Counted from the stretch's first letter, positions 1 to 10,716 are shown. The stretch: 64,000 bases of DNA from an uncultured Actinomycetota bacterium (GCA_963818505.1 CAWFSJ010000005.1:10149-74148); one strand, 5' to 3'. Notes: generated from the sequence alone by a model not told the origin. Made by a program: numbers and translations.

Positions 1-1
1 C

Positions 2-214
2 GACGGCGGGGTTCTGGTGCCCGGCCACGACCCGGCAGCTTTCGCATCAGCACTTGAGTCCGTGCTGCTCGTGCCCGGCCGTCGGGACTGGATGAGTCGG
101 GCCGCCCGTTCACACGCCGAACAGTTCAGTTGGAGCGCGACCGCTGACTCCACGTTGGCCGCCTACGAGGCGGCGCTGGCGGAGCGGCCCCTTCTGCTGC
201 GCAGGTACGCATGA
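2..214 (+). CDS. mshA: C-terminal fragment of a GT4 glycosyltransferase, MshA-like (5' end outside window)
   Basis: Frame is open from the window edge (DGGVLVPGHDPAAF...). Its stop overlaps the next start (ATGA at 211-214). The order GT4 - YbjN-like - gpmA matches the mshA-Rv0487-gpm1 arrangement known in mycobacteria. Confidence 0.5.
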   Translation, partial: DGGVLVPGHDPAAFASALESVLLVPGRRDWMSRAARSHAEQFSWSATADSTLAAYEAALAERPLLLRRYA

Positions 215-684
215 TCCAGGTCGTTCTGGACTGGCTGGAAGACTCGGGGCTCGACTTCGACCGGACCGACGACGTGTTCACAGTCGTGCTTCCCGGTGAG
301 CACAAACTGCGCACCACCTGTTCACTGGCCGCCGGACAGCATTCGTTGTCGATCAATGCATTCGTGGCCAGGCACCCGGACGAGAACACCGATGTGGTCC
401 ACAGGTGGCTGCTTGAGCGCAACCGTCGGCTCTTCTCGATCGCCTACGCGATCGACCATCTCGGGGACATCTACCTGGTGGGCCGCTTGGCAGCTGCCAC
501 CGTTTCGCAGGATCTGCTGGACCAGGTGTTGGGAGCAGTGCTTGCTGAGGCGGACGGCTCCTTCAACACCATCCTGGAACTGGGATTCAGGTCGTCCATC
601 GAGCGGGAATGGCGCTGGCGACTGTCGCGCGGCGAGCCGACGGCCAACCTCGCCGCGTTCGAGCATCTGCGTCCTCGCGACTGA
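211..684 (+). CDS. YbjN-domain protein (Rv0487-like conserved actinobacterial protein)
   Basis: 157-aa ORF with GC-rich third codon positions. Sequence has YbjN-family character ([13 protein letters not shown]...[13 protein letters not shown]...HRWLLERN). Synteny between mshA and gpmA supports the call. Confidence 0.8.
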   Translation: MIQVVLDWLEDSGLDFDRTDDVFTVVLPGEHKLRTTCSLAAGQHSLSINAFVARHPDENTDVVHRWLLERNRRLFSIAYAIDHLGDIYLVGRLAAATVSQDLLDQVLGAVLAEADGSFNTILELGFRSSIEREWRWRLSRGEPTANLAAFEHLRPRD

Positions 685-731
685 CCGGGCACCCCGGGCC
701 ACCGAACCCCCGTTGTCGATACGGTTGGCAC

Positions 732-1475
732 ATGAGCACACTGATCCTTCTGCGCCACGGTGAAAGTGAATGGAACGCCCTGAATCTGTTCACAGGGTGG
801 GTGGATGTGAACCTCACGGAAAAGGGCGTCAACGAGGCTGGCCGGGCAGGCGACCTCCTGGCTGCTTCGAACATCCTGCCCGACGTGGTGCACACCTCAG
901 TCATGCTCCGCGCGATCCGGACCACCTCTTTGGCACTCGAACGGTGCGACCGTCAATGGATCCCCGTTCGACGCTCCTGGCGACTCAACGAACGCCACTA
1001 CGGCGCACTTCAGGGCAAGAACAAGAAGGAGACCCTCGCGCAGTACGGCGAGGAGCAGTTCATGCTGTGGCGCCGGTCGTACGACACTCCCCCGCCCCCC
1101 ATCGCAGCCGACGACCAGTACTCGCAGTTCGACGACCCTCGCTACGCCGCGTTGCCCCCTGAGATCCGGCCCCTGACCGAGTGCCTCAAAGACGTGGTCG
1201 TGCGGATGTTGCCCTACTGGTACGACGCGGTGGTACCGGACTTACGCACGAACGGGACCGTCATGATCGGCGCCCACGGGAACTCGCTGCGAGCATTGGT
1301 CAAGCACTTGGAGGGGATCTCCGACGCTGAGATCGCGGGCCTTAACATCCCGACCGGGATTCCCTTGGTGTACGAACTTGACGAAACGATGCGCCCCACC
1401 GGACCGGGCACCTACCTCGACCCGGAGGCGGCATCGGCAGCCGCTGCTGCTGTAGCCAACCAGGGCAAGGCTTGA
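732..1475 (+). CDS. gpmA: 2,3-bisphosphoglycerate-dependent phosphoglycerate mutase
   Basis: ORF 609..1475 trimmed to ATG 732 ([27 protein letters not shown] catalytic motif). Also has [12 protein letters not shown] and [10 protein letters not shown] motifs. Confidence 0.93.
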   Translation: MSTLILLRHGESEWNALNLFTGWVDVNLTEKGVNEAGRAGDLLAASNILPDVVHTSVMLRAIRTTSLALERCDRQWIPVRRSWRLNERHYGALQGKNKKETLAQYGEEQFMLWRRSYDTPPPPIAADDQYSQFDDPRYAALPPEIRPLTECLKDVVVRMLPYWYDAVVPDLRTNGTVMIGAHGNSLRALVKHLEGISDAEIAGLNIPTGIPLVYELDETMRPTGPGTYLDPEAASAAAAAVANQGKA

Positions 1476-1515
1476 GGTCTACTCTGGAAGTAGCCCGTCA
1501 ACCCGAGGAGCCATC

Positions 1516-1830
1516 ATGACCAGAGAGTTCGGGGATCGCCCCGGAGACGAAGTTGTGGCCCAACTTTGGGATGAGCTGAGCAGGGAACTCGGGACCGACG
1601 GCCCGGAGTTCACCCAGATTCGCGACGGCCAGGACCACCGGGTCGGGCACCTGATCTCCCAGGACGACGAGAACGGCCGGGATCGCGTCTCCGAGGAGAT
1701 CGCCTGGGACACCCACGACACCACCGACCTGTCCGCCGAGGAATCGGCGATGCACTTCGAGGAGGATGGCGGACTCGAGGAGACCCTGTCCGACGACATC
1801 CTGCACGACCTCGAGGGCTTCGAGGACTGA
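1516..1830 (+). CDS. small acidic protein, DUF5709-like
   Basis: 104-aa ORF with strong GC3 bias and a very acidic composition. The LSAEESAMHFEED motif is typical of DUF5709 proteins. Overlapping minus-strand ORFs look like GC artefacts. Confidence 0.65.
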   Translation: MTREFGDRPGDEVVAQLWDELSRELGTDGPEFTQIRDGQDHRVGHLISQDDENGRDRVSEEIAWDTHDTTDLSAEESAMHFEEDGGLEETLSDDILHDLEGFED

Positions 1831-1916
1831 GCGGGCGGGTTTGACCACGCTTGAACCACCCGCTGCCGGACCGGCCTGCGTAACGAATATCGCGCACACC
1901 CATGCCGACCCGAGGC

Positions 1917-1942
1917 TTGCACTCTCGGGCATCGAGTGCTAA
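1917..1942. promoter_or_regulatory. CIRCE operator (HrcA binding site), copy 1
   Basis: TTGCACTC-N9-GAGTGCTAA, compared with consensus TTAGCACTC-N9-GAGTGCTAA. Lies upstream of groEL. Confidence 0.85.
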
Positions 1943-1949
1943 CAATGGA

Positions 1950-1976
1950 CTAGCACTCTCAGCGGGAGAGTGCTAA
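1950..1976. promoter_or_regulatory. CIRCE operator (HrcA binding site), copy 2
   Basis: CTAGCACTC-N9-GAGTGCTAA, a near-perfect CIRCE located 112 bp upstream of the groEL ATG. Confidence 0.9.
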
Positions 1977-3716
<1,740 letters not shown>

Positions 3717-3731
3717 GTCCTCCCAACAACA

Positions 3732-3763
3732 CGAAGGGCCGATCCGCAAGGGTCGGCCCTTCG
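3732..3763 (+). terminator. GC-rich hairpin after groEL (putative intrinsic terminator)
   Basis: CGAAGGGCCGA-loop-TCGGCCCTTCG, an 11-bp stem starting 16 nt after the groEL stop. There is no U-tract, which is common in actinobacteria. Confidence 0.6.
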
Positions 3764-3796
3764 TCGTTGGCCGACCCGCCCAGCTGAACCCACCTC

Positions 3797-3864
3797 GTTA
3801 GAGGTTGTGCGGTTCGTTAGCAAAAACACGCGTGGATTCGCTAACCAGGAACACAACCTCTAAC
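3797..3864. repeat. 68-bp palindromic intergenic element, copy 1
   Basis: GTTAGAGGTTGTG-CGGTTC-GTTAGC-AAAAACACGCGTGGATTC-GCTAAC-CAGGAA-CACAACCTCTAAC. Confidence 0.9.
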
Positions 3865-3937
3865 CAACACGCCCGGCGGCGGCCAGGGTCGGCCCTTCGT
3901 CGTTGGCCGACCCGCCCGACAGCCTGAAACCCACCTC

Positions 3938-4005
3938 GTTAGAGGTTGTGCGGTTCGTTAGCAAAAACACGCGTGGATTCGCTAACCAGGAACACAACCT
4001 CTAAC
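3938..4005. repeat. 68-bp palindromic intergenic element, copy 2
   Basis: Identical to copy 1. Lies 141 bp downstream inside the tandem duplication. Confidence 0.9.
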
Positions 4006-4039
4006 CAACAGGCCCGGCGGCGGCCAGGGGCGCCCCGCA

Positions 4040-5461
4040 CTACCGGCGCAAGGACGCCAGTTTGTTGGCGGTGGTACCGCCGGAACCCCGGGCGCCTGGG
4101 TGGGCGGCGGCGATCATCGTGGAGGTGATCGCGATCTCCTCGGGGTCGTAACCGGAGGCCTCCAGGACTCGGGTCCGGTTGAACGAGACGCCGTAGCGCT
4201 CCGGGGCAGGGGTGTCGAACACCAGGTGCTCAAGCGCGGCCCGCACCCGCTCGGACGCGCGGCCGTCGCCGAAGGGGTTGCTGATCGAGGTCATGGCGAT
4301 GCGTGCCCCCGGGTCGTCAAGCAGCCCCAGTGCAATCGACTTGATCTTCTGGGCGTCGCTGCCGACCAGGATGAGCGAGCCGGCCTCAACACCTTCCGGC
4401 CGTTCGGATTCCTCGCGCGCCACAAGCACCGGTGTCCCCACACTGGGTGCCTCTTCCTGCACACCGCCCGAATCACTGATCGCCAGTGTCGCCCGCTGAA
4501 GTAGCCGCGCAAAGGGGATGTAGTCGATCGGTACGGTGAGGATGACGTTCGGGACATCGGCGAGGATCTCGTGAACATCCTCAGAGACCCGCGGGTTCGG
4601 GTGTACAGGCCAGACGATCACGACGTTGGGCCGCAGCAAGGCGATGTCCTTGACCGCTTGTGCGATGCGTCGGATGGGTTCACCGAGATTCTCGCGTCGG
4701 TGAGCGGTGACGACGACGACTGGCACTGACGGGTCGTTGAGGACCTCCAGGCGCGGGTCGCTCCAGGGGGCGTGCAGATCGGCTGCCCAGTGCAGGGCGT
4801 CGATACCGGTGTTGCCTGTCACGAAGATCCGCTGCGGATCCACGCCCTCACGCACGAGGTTGGCCTGATTGGCCGGGGTCGGGGCGAGGTGGAACGCGGC
4901 CATGCGCGAGATCAACTGTCGGTTGAGTTCCTCGGGGAACGGCGAGAGGATGTCGCGGGTGCGTAGGCCGGCTTCCACGTGCACGACAGGAAGCTTGCAG
5001 CCGATGGACGCAAGGCCGGCGGCCATCGCCGAGGTCGTGTCGCCATGGACCAGGGTCAAGGCCGGGTAGGGACTTCCTGGGTGCTCGGCGGCACCGAACA
5101 GTCGCGGCCGCGTCCGCCGCTCCGCGCCCCCGCGCAGTTCGTCCAGCAGCCCGTCGAAGGCCCCCACACAGTCGCGCACCAGGGTGTTGATCGTATTGGT
5201 CTGCCTGCCGATCTTCAGATTCACGTCGGGGGTGATACCCGCTGCTTCAAGGATGGGCAGGACCAAGTGCTCGTGCTGGCCGGTGTTGACGACGTACGGG
5301 GTGAGCAGGCGCGACTTCTTCAAAGCCTGGACGACCGGCAGCATCTTGATGGCCTCTGGCCGGGTCCCCATCACAACCAGGCACCGGACTCGTTCGCTGT
5401 CTCCACCAGAGGAACTCGGGAAGTTCCGATGATCGGGCATTGCCGTCTTGAACGCGCTCAT
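4040..5461 (-). CDS. wecB: UDP-N-acetylglucosamine 2-epimerase (non-hydrolysing)
   Basis: Motifs VVMGTRPEAIKM, NTGQH and HVEAGLRT. The start could be 5461 or the internal Met at 5440. Has a roughly 60-aa C-terminal extension relative to typical enzymes. Confidence 0.9.
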   Translation of the reverse strand: MSAFKTAMPDHRNFPSSSGGDSERVRCLVVMGTRPEAIKMLPVVQALKKSRLLTPYVVNTGQHEHLVLPILEAAGITPDVNLKIGRQTNTINTLVRDCVGAFDGLLDELRGGAERRTRPRLFGAAEHPGSPYPALTLVHGDTTSAMAAGLASIGCKLPVVHVEAGLRTRDILSPFPEELNRQLISRMAAFHLAPTPANQANLVREGVDPQRIFVTGNTGIDALHWAADLHAPWSDPRLEVLNDPSVPVVVVTAHRRENLGEPIRRIAQAVKDIALLRPNVVIVWPVHPNPRVSEDVHEILADVPNVILTVPIDYIPFARLLQRATLAISDSGGVQEEAPSVGTPVLVAREESERPEGVEAGSLILVGSDAQKIKSIALGLLDDPGARIAMTSISNPFGDGRASERVRAALEHLVFDTPAPERYGVSFNRTRVLEASGYDPEEIAITSTMIAAAHPGARGSGGTTANKLASLRR

Positions 5462-5526
5462 GACCTCTTATCGGCGTGCCAGGGTGTGACTTGACCGAAA
5501 AGGTCAACCTGCCGATAGGAGTAGAC

Positions 5527-6177
5527 ATGAGGACATTCCGGCGCACGCGGTCTGTGTGGGCCGCCCTGTTCCTGGCCGGTGCGATTGTCATCCCCATGGC
5601 ATCTCCGGCAGCCGCCGCAACCCTGACCGACGGCGACAGTTACGGGCCGTGGCAGGTGGTCTTCGCCGGGTACGGCGACGTGACCGCCACATCGACGTCC
5701 AAGCTGAGGCTGCGCCCAGCCGCCCCGACCAACCCTTCCGAGACCCATGCCGCCCTGGTCGTCACCAAGACCGTCTACACCTCGACCCGCGTCAAGGCCC
5801 GTGTCACCACCAACGCCCAACTTCGCACGGGATCGGAGCCGAACCCCTGGGAGACCGGCTGGCTGGTTGCCCGCTACCAGGACAACGAGCACTTCTACTA
5901 CGCAGCCCTGAAGACCAACGGCTGGGAACTCGGCAAGCGTGACCCCGCCTTCCCCGGCGGCCAGCGCTTCCTGACGTCGGGATCCACACCCAACGCCCGT
6001 GTGGGACAAGCCCAGGTCGTGGTCCTGACCGCGAAAGGCTCGAAACTCACTCTGCGCATCAACGGCGATGTCGTCGCTTCTTTCACCGACACTGCCACCC
6101 CTTACAGCAGCGGCGCGGCCGGGCTGTACACCGAGGATGCCGACGTGACCTTCGATCAGATCGCAATCACGAGCTGA
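5527..6177 (+). CDS. secreted protein with ConA-like lectin/glucanase (DUF1080/LamG-type) character
   Basis: ORF 5476..6177 trimmed to ATG 5527, which gives the signal peptide MRTFRRTRSVWAALFLAGAIVIPMASPAAAA. The C-terminal LTLRINGDVVASFTD...AGLYTEDADVTFDQIAI resembles jelly-roll lectin-fold domains. Fold assignment is by eye only. Confidence 0.65.
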   Translation: MRTFRRTRSVWAALFLAGAIVIPMASPAAAATLTDGDSYGPWQVVFAGYGDVTATSTSKLRLRPAAPTNPSETHAALVVTKTVYTSTRVKARVTTNAQLRTGSEPNPWETGWLVARYQDNEHFYYAALKTNGWELGKRDPAFPGGQRFLTSGSTPNARVGQAQVVVLTAKGSKLTLRINGDVVASFTDTATPYSSGAAGLYTEDADVTFDQIAITS

Positions 6178-6187
6178 CCAGGGAGAC

Positions 6188-7966
6188 GTGATGACACGGC
6201 GATGGGCACCCGTGCTGGCAGTTCTGGGCATGCTCGTCACTGTCATGGGCATCTATTCGCCGGCCCAGGCCCAGACCTCCGATTTCGGATACACCCTGTC
6301 CATCAAGGGTGGCTACGGAACCTCCGAGGTCTCGGTCGCAGTCGCCGACGGAACCCGCCCGGTCTCGTTGACGGGCAACATCGCCTCCTCCTACACGACT
6401 CGCGGAACCATCGACGTGCTCATCAACGGGCAGCGCCGGGCCAGTGCGCCAGCCATCGGAGGCGGGCCGATCAAGGTGGACCTGGTGGCCAAAGACGTCG
6501 AACAGGGCCATGTCATCGTCGGACTGCGGGCAGCGCTACGCCCCGACCAGGACTGCCTGCGTGACGATCAAGCGGTCGCCACACTGGAGGATCCGCGCTT
6601 GGTCGTCACGGGCCGAGTTGTGCCCCCGACCACCCTTGCCGAGTTCCTCGCGGCGGGGCCGAGCCGCTACGTGGTTCAAGTACCGGCCGCACCCACCCCG
6701 GCCGAGCAGGCAGCCGGCCTTGACGCGGCTCTGGCCCTGCGTCACCTCTATGGCGAGACTGTCGACATCTCGCTGACCATGGATGCACCGAGTACCGACA
6801 GTTCGGCCCGGGTTGTGACCGTGGAAGAGACCCAGGATCCCGATAACTCGCTGAGCATCGCCGACGCGGTGTTGTTCGTCCGCGGACCCGCAGAAGCTCT
6901 CGAGCAGGCTGCGGTGTCCCTGGCCGACCCGAATGTCGGGTTGCTCGAGGTCACGTCGGTGGACACAGTGTCGGGGCAGGCCCAATATGCACCGCTCGAG
7001 GGGACAGCGAGCCTGCGAGCGGCCGGCATCGAGTCACTGGCCGTCACCGGGATCGGCTCCGTGACCCAGACCGTGACGCTCACCCAGGCCACTTTCGGCC
7101 GCCCTGTTTCGGGCCTGGTCTTCGACTTCGTGGGCGCATCGACCCCCGTGTTGCAGGGCCAACAGGGCCGGGTGAACATCACCTGGAACGGGGACCTGAT
7201 TACTTCCGAGACGCTCACTGAGGACTCCCGCGTCAACCTTCGCTTCAGCATCGCCGAGGAGAACCTGCGCGCGGTCAATGCCCTCGACGTCCAGTTGGAG
7301 TACCTGCCCGCCGGAGGCGACTGCAGCATTACCCCATTACCCGGCACCGTCGAGTTCGACACCCTGCGCAGCACCGTCACCCCGGACTTCGGGGAATCGG
7401 CCGCACCCGGCTTCCAGAGGTTCCCCCAGGTCCTGCCGGCACAGATCCCGGTGGCAGCCGGGGGCGCCTTGGCCCAGTCCCTGCCAGAGCTGGCACAGGT
7501 GCTCACCGGTGTGACCGCGCCCAGCCCCCTGCAGTACACCGTGGCACTGACCGACGTCTCGGACCTGATGGATACCGCAGGTGTTGCCACAGGAGTCAGC
7601 GCGCCGCAAGCGACATTGCTCTCGGCGCCTCTTTCCGACGATCCGGACTTCCCCGCCGGAAAGCGGGAGCCTTACGCAGCGCTGCAGGCCTACCAGGCCA
7701 ACGGCCACGACATGCTCATCCTCACCGGGGTCGCACCTGCGTCCTCCACCCTGGCCGAATGGCCCGTCGCACAGCCCGGTGGCTGGGCGTCGCTTGAGGG
7801 ACAGACATACGTCCTCGCGACCGATCAAACGCAACCAGAGGCGTTCCAAACCTCCAGCACCCAACCCGACAAGCAGAAACCCCAGATCATCGTGGGATCG
7901 GCTGTATCACTGGCACTTCTGCTCGTCCTCATCATCTGGCTGCGGCGTCGGCCCAAGCAGGGCTGA
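6188..7966 (+). CDS. secreted, C-terminally membrane-anchored protein, BcsB-like (putative synthase-associated subunit)
   Basis: N-terminal signal peptide (LAVLGMLVTVMGIYSPAQAQ). Single C-terminal TM helix plus basic tail (IIVGSAVSLALLLVLIIWLRRRPKQG). There is a 3-nt gap to the downstream GT2. Two internally similar halves (...IDVLINGQRRA... / ...VNITWNGDLITSE...). The CDS call is solid; the BcsB assignment is inference. Confidence 0.6.
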   Translation: MMTRRWAPVLAVLGMLVTVMGIYSPAQAQTSDFGYTLSIKGGYGTSEVSVAVADGTRPVSLTGNIASSYTTRGTIDVLINGQRRASAPAIGGGPIKVDLVAKDVEQGHVIVGLRAALRPDQDCLRDDQAVATLEDPRLVVTGRVVPPTTLAEFLAAGPSRYVVQVPAAPTPAEQAAGLDAALALRHLYGETVDISLTMDAPSTDSSARVVTVEETQDPDNSLSIADAVLFVRGPAEALEQAAVSLADPNVGLLEVTSVDTVSGQAQYAPLEGTASLRAAGIESLAVTGIGSVTQTVTLTQATFGRPVSGLVFDFVGASTPVLQGQQGRVNITWNGDLITSETLTEDSRVNLRFSIAEENLRAVNALDVQLEYLPAGGDCSITPLPGTVEFDTLRSTVTPDFGESAAPGFQRFPQVLPAQIPVAAGGALAQSLPELAQVLTGVTAPSPLQYTVALTDVSDLMDTAGVATGVSAPQATLLSAPLSDDPDFPAGKREPYAALQAYQANGHDMLILTGVAPASSTLAEWPVAQPGGWASLEGQTYVLATDQTQPEAFQTSSTQPDKQKPQIIVGSAVSLALLLVLIIWLRRRPKQG

Positions 7967-7969
7967 GCG

Positions 7970-9268
7970 ATGGGGTACCTGGACTGGCTGCTCTTCGCGG
8001 TGTACTACGTCTCCTTCGTGGCCATCATCATCGGCTACGTCTGGACAGCCGTGCTGTACCTCGCCGGGAACAAGTACCTGCGTACGTGGAACGACCGGCC
8101 GATGGGTGACGAGTCAGCGTACCTGTGGGTCTTCCTGGTCCCCGCTCTCAACGAGGGCGTGACCATCGCCGACAGCGTGGCTCGCCTGCGCTCGGTCCAA
8201 GCGACCAACAAGATCGTCATGGTCATCAACGACGGCTCTGATGACAACACGGGCACCGTGCTCGACGGCATCGCCGGTCACGACCTCGAGGTGCTCACGC
8301 GGGTTGCGCCCAACGCACGCGTAGGGAAGGCGGCCGCCCTTAACGCCGCCTTCCACCATGTGCGTGAGCAGATCCTGACCAAGCCGGCCTACCAGCGGTT
8401 CGCTGCCCAGAACGTGATCTTCGGGATCGTGGATGCTGACGGACGCCTGGCCGAGAACGCCCCGCTGGCGGTGTCACGGCATTTCGACGATTCCAGAGTC
8501 GGCGGGGTGCAGGTCCATGTGCACATCTACAACCAGACCAGCTGGCTGACCCGCATGCAGGGCTTGGAGTTCCAGATCTTCGGTGGGCTGTTCCAGGTGG
8601 GCAGATCCCGGTGGGGAACAGCTTTCCTCGGGGGCAACGGACAGTTCAACAGGATGACCGCACTGGAGTCGGTGGCCGATCAGGAAGGCCCGTGGTCGCA
8701 CTACTTGACCGAGGACCAGGAGCTGGGCCTGCGCTGTCTGGAGGCGGGGTGGCGCGGGGAGCACGAACCGGCGACGCGGGTGTCGCAGCAGGGACTCAAC
8801 GACCTCAAGCGGCTGTACCGTCAGCGCGCTCGCTGGTTCCAGGGCAACCTGCAGGTCATCAAGGACCTCGGACGACTCAACTCCAATGACCTATACGGCC
8901 TGCGGCGCATGGACACGGCGATCTCGCTGATCCTGCCGGTGTTGCAGTTGATCGTGGGACTTGCGCTGTTCCAGGCGCTGGTACTGACGATCTTCTTCGG
9001 GGTGCCGTACCTGCCTTGGAGCTCGCCTCTGCTGGTGATCTTCTTCATCCAGCTCTCCATCGGGCCGACCTTCCTGGGGGTCATGGTGGTCGGGCGTGGA
9101 CATGGCCCAGCTGGACTGCTCAGGGCCTTGGCTGCAGCCATCCCCTACCTGCTCTACACGTGGATCATGTGGCCGGTCGTGGCCATCGGGGTCTGGAAGC
9201 AGTTGCGCGGGAGTACGACCTGGGCCAAGACCGAACGCGAGACCGTCGTCGCACCCGCGCCTTCCTGA
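7970..9268 (+). CDS. processive family-2 glycosyltransferase (PgaC/IcaA/NodC/BcsA-core-like), membrane-integrated, no PilZ domain
   Basis: N-terminal TM helix. Motifs INDGSDDNT, VDADGRL (DxD), LTEDQELG (TED) and YRQRARWFQGN (QxxRW). Four or more C-terminal TM helices, and the protein ends right after them. Confidence 0.85.
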   Translation: MGYLDWLLFAVYYVSFVAIIIGYVWTAVLYLAGNKYLRTWNDRPMGDESAYLWVFLVPALNEGVTIADSVARLRSVQATNKIVMVINDGSDDNTGTVLDGIAGHDLEVLTRVAPNARVGKAAALNAAFHHVREQILTKPAYQRFAAQNVIFGIVDADGRLAENAPLAVSRHFDDSRVGGVQVHVHIYNQTSWLTRMQGLEFQIFGGLFQVGRSRWGTAFLGGNGQFNRMTALESVADQEGPWSHYLTEDQELGLRCLEAGWRGEHEPATRVSQQGLNDLKRLYRQRARWFQGNLQVIKDLGRLNSNDLYGLRRMDTAISLILPVLQLIVGLALFQALVLTIFFGVPYLPWSSPLLVIFFIQLSIGPTFLGVMVVGRGHGPAGLLRALAAAIPYLLYTWIMWPVVAIGVWKQLRGSTTWAKTERETVVAPAPS

Positions 9269-9293
9269 AGCCCGGGAGGGCACAATCGCAGCC

Positions 9294-10625
9294 ATGAGCA
9301 CGCCGATGCCGCGCTTCCCGCAGGACTTCCTGTGGGGAACTGCCACCTCCTCGTACCAGATCGAAGGATCACCACAAGCCGACGGCAAGGGAGTCTCGAT
9401 CTGGGACACGTTCTCGCACACTCCCGGCAAGATCCTGACCGGCGAGACCGGTGACGTCGCATGCGACCATTACCGACTCTGGGAGTCCGACCTCGACCTC
9501 TTGGCCGAAGTCGGCTGCAACGCCTACCGATTCTCGATCTCATGGCCCCGGATCCTGCCCACCGGCTCGGGCGAGGTCGAGCCGCGCGGCTTGGACTTCT
9601 ACGACCGTCTCGTGGACGGGCTGCTCTCTCGCGGCATCGCAGCCTTCCCGACGTTGTACCACTGGGATCTGCCGCAGGGGCTGCAGGACGCCGGTGGGTG
9701 GTACTCCCGGGACACTGCGACGGCCTTCGCAGAGTACGCACGGATCGTCGCCGAGCGGATCGGCGACCGGGTGGGTGGTTTCATCACTCTGAACGAGCCA
9801 GCCGTGCACACCTCGATGGGCCACCTGCTGGGTGTGCACGCGCCCGGCGTGTTCGACCTCGAACGCCTCTACTGGGTGACCCATCACCAACTGCTGGCCC
9901 ACGGCCTCGCGGCGCAGGCCATCAGATCGGTGGCGGCCACCCCGGTGGGGATCTCCAACAACCATCCGCCGGTCCTGCCCGTCGATTCGAATTCAGCCGG
10001 CGACATCCTGGCAGCCGAACGCATGGACACCCTCTTCAATCGTCAGTACCTGGATCCACTACTTCTGGGCCGCAACCCGGTGGACGTGACCGAGGCGTAT
10101 GGGCCTCTGGCCGCCAAGGTCATCCGCGAGGGTGACCTGGCGACGATGGCCGCGCCGCTGGACTTCCTCGGCGTGAACTACTACAACCCGCAATGGGTTC
10201 GCGCTGCCGGTGAGGACAACCCGTTGGGCTTCGAACTGGCCGAACCACCCGATACCTATCCGCGGACGGCCTTCGACTGGCCGGTCGTCCCGGACAGCTT
10301 CACCGACCTTCTTCTGCGGCTCCACTGGGACTACCCGACGTTGCCACCCATGCTCATCACCGAGAACGGAACGTCGTGGCCGGAACCGGTGCACGACCAG
10401 TTCCGTGTGGACTACCTCAACGCCCATGTTCGGGCAGTGGCTGCGGCCATGGCCGAAGGCGCCGACATCCGGGGGTACTTCGTGTGGACGCTGATGGACA
10501 ACTTCGAGTGGGCTGAGGGCACCCGCCAGCGGTTCGGCCTGGTCAACGTGGACTTCGACACCCAGCAGCGCACCGTGCGCGACTCCGGTCGCTGGTACCG
10601 CAGGCTCACCGCCGGCGAGCTCTAG
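9294..10625 (+). CDS. GH1 beta-glucosidase
   Basis: ORF 9096..10625 trimmed to ATG 9294 (MSTPMPRFPQDFLWGTATSSYQIEG). Acid/base motif TLNEP and nucleophile motif ITENG are present. Confidence 0.93.
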   Translation: MSTPMPRFPQDFLWGTATSSYQIEGSPQADGKGVSIWDTFSHTPGKILTGETGDVACDHYRLWESDLDLLAEVGCNAYRFSISWPRILPTGSGEVEPRGLDFYDRLVDGLLSRGIAAFPTLYHWDLPQGLQDAGGWYSRDTATAFAEYARIVAERIGDRVGGFITLNEPAVHTSMGHLLGVHAPGVFDLERLYWVTHHQLLAHGLAAQAIRSVAATPVGISNNHPPVLPVDSNSAGDILAAERMDTLFNRQYLDPLLLGRNPVDVTEAYGPLAAKVIREGDLATMAAPLDFLGVNYYNPQWVRAAGEDNPLGFELAEPPDTYPRTAFDWPVVPDSFTDLLLRLHWDYPTLPPMLITENGTSWPEPVHDQFRVDYLNAHVRAVAAAMAEGADIRGYFVWTLMDNFEWAEGTRQRFGLVNVDFDTQQRTVRDSGRWYRRLTAGEL

Positions 10626-10640
10626 GCAACCCCAAGACGC

Positions 10641-10677
10641 CAGTGGGCCCCGGGTCTGGCGGAACCGGGGCCCACTG
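10641..10677. terminator. perfect 13-bp-stem hairpin between convergent genes (bidirectional terminator candidate)
   Basis: CAGTGGGCCCCGG-gtctggcggaa-CCGGGGCCCACTG. Starts 16 nt after the GH1 stop and ends 40 nt before the stop of the minus-strand gene. Confidence 0.7.
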
Positions 10678-10716
10678 TGGACTTCCCGAGGGAGGCGACG
10701 GGAAGTGTCTTTGGAT

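Larger units (their letters stand above)
3752..4028. repeat. tandem duplication (units 3752..3887 and 3888..4028), each unit carrying one 68-bp palindromic element
   Basis: Both units start GTCGGCCCTTCGTCGTTGGCCGACCCGCCC and end CGGCGGCGGCCAGG. They differ only by a 5-nt indel plus a substitution next to it (CCCAGCTGAACCC versus CCCGACAGCCTGAAACCC) and one further substitution (CAACAC versus CAACAG). Confidence 0.9.

Noticed and set aside
3797-4005. Possible CRISPR array, considered because two identical 68-bp repeats are spaced 141 bp apart.
   Set aside because: There are only two repeats and the intervening sequence is itself duplicated (tandem duplication). The repeats are long palindromes also found singly at three distant loci, and no cas genes are present.
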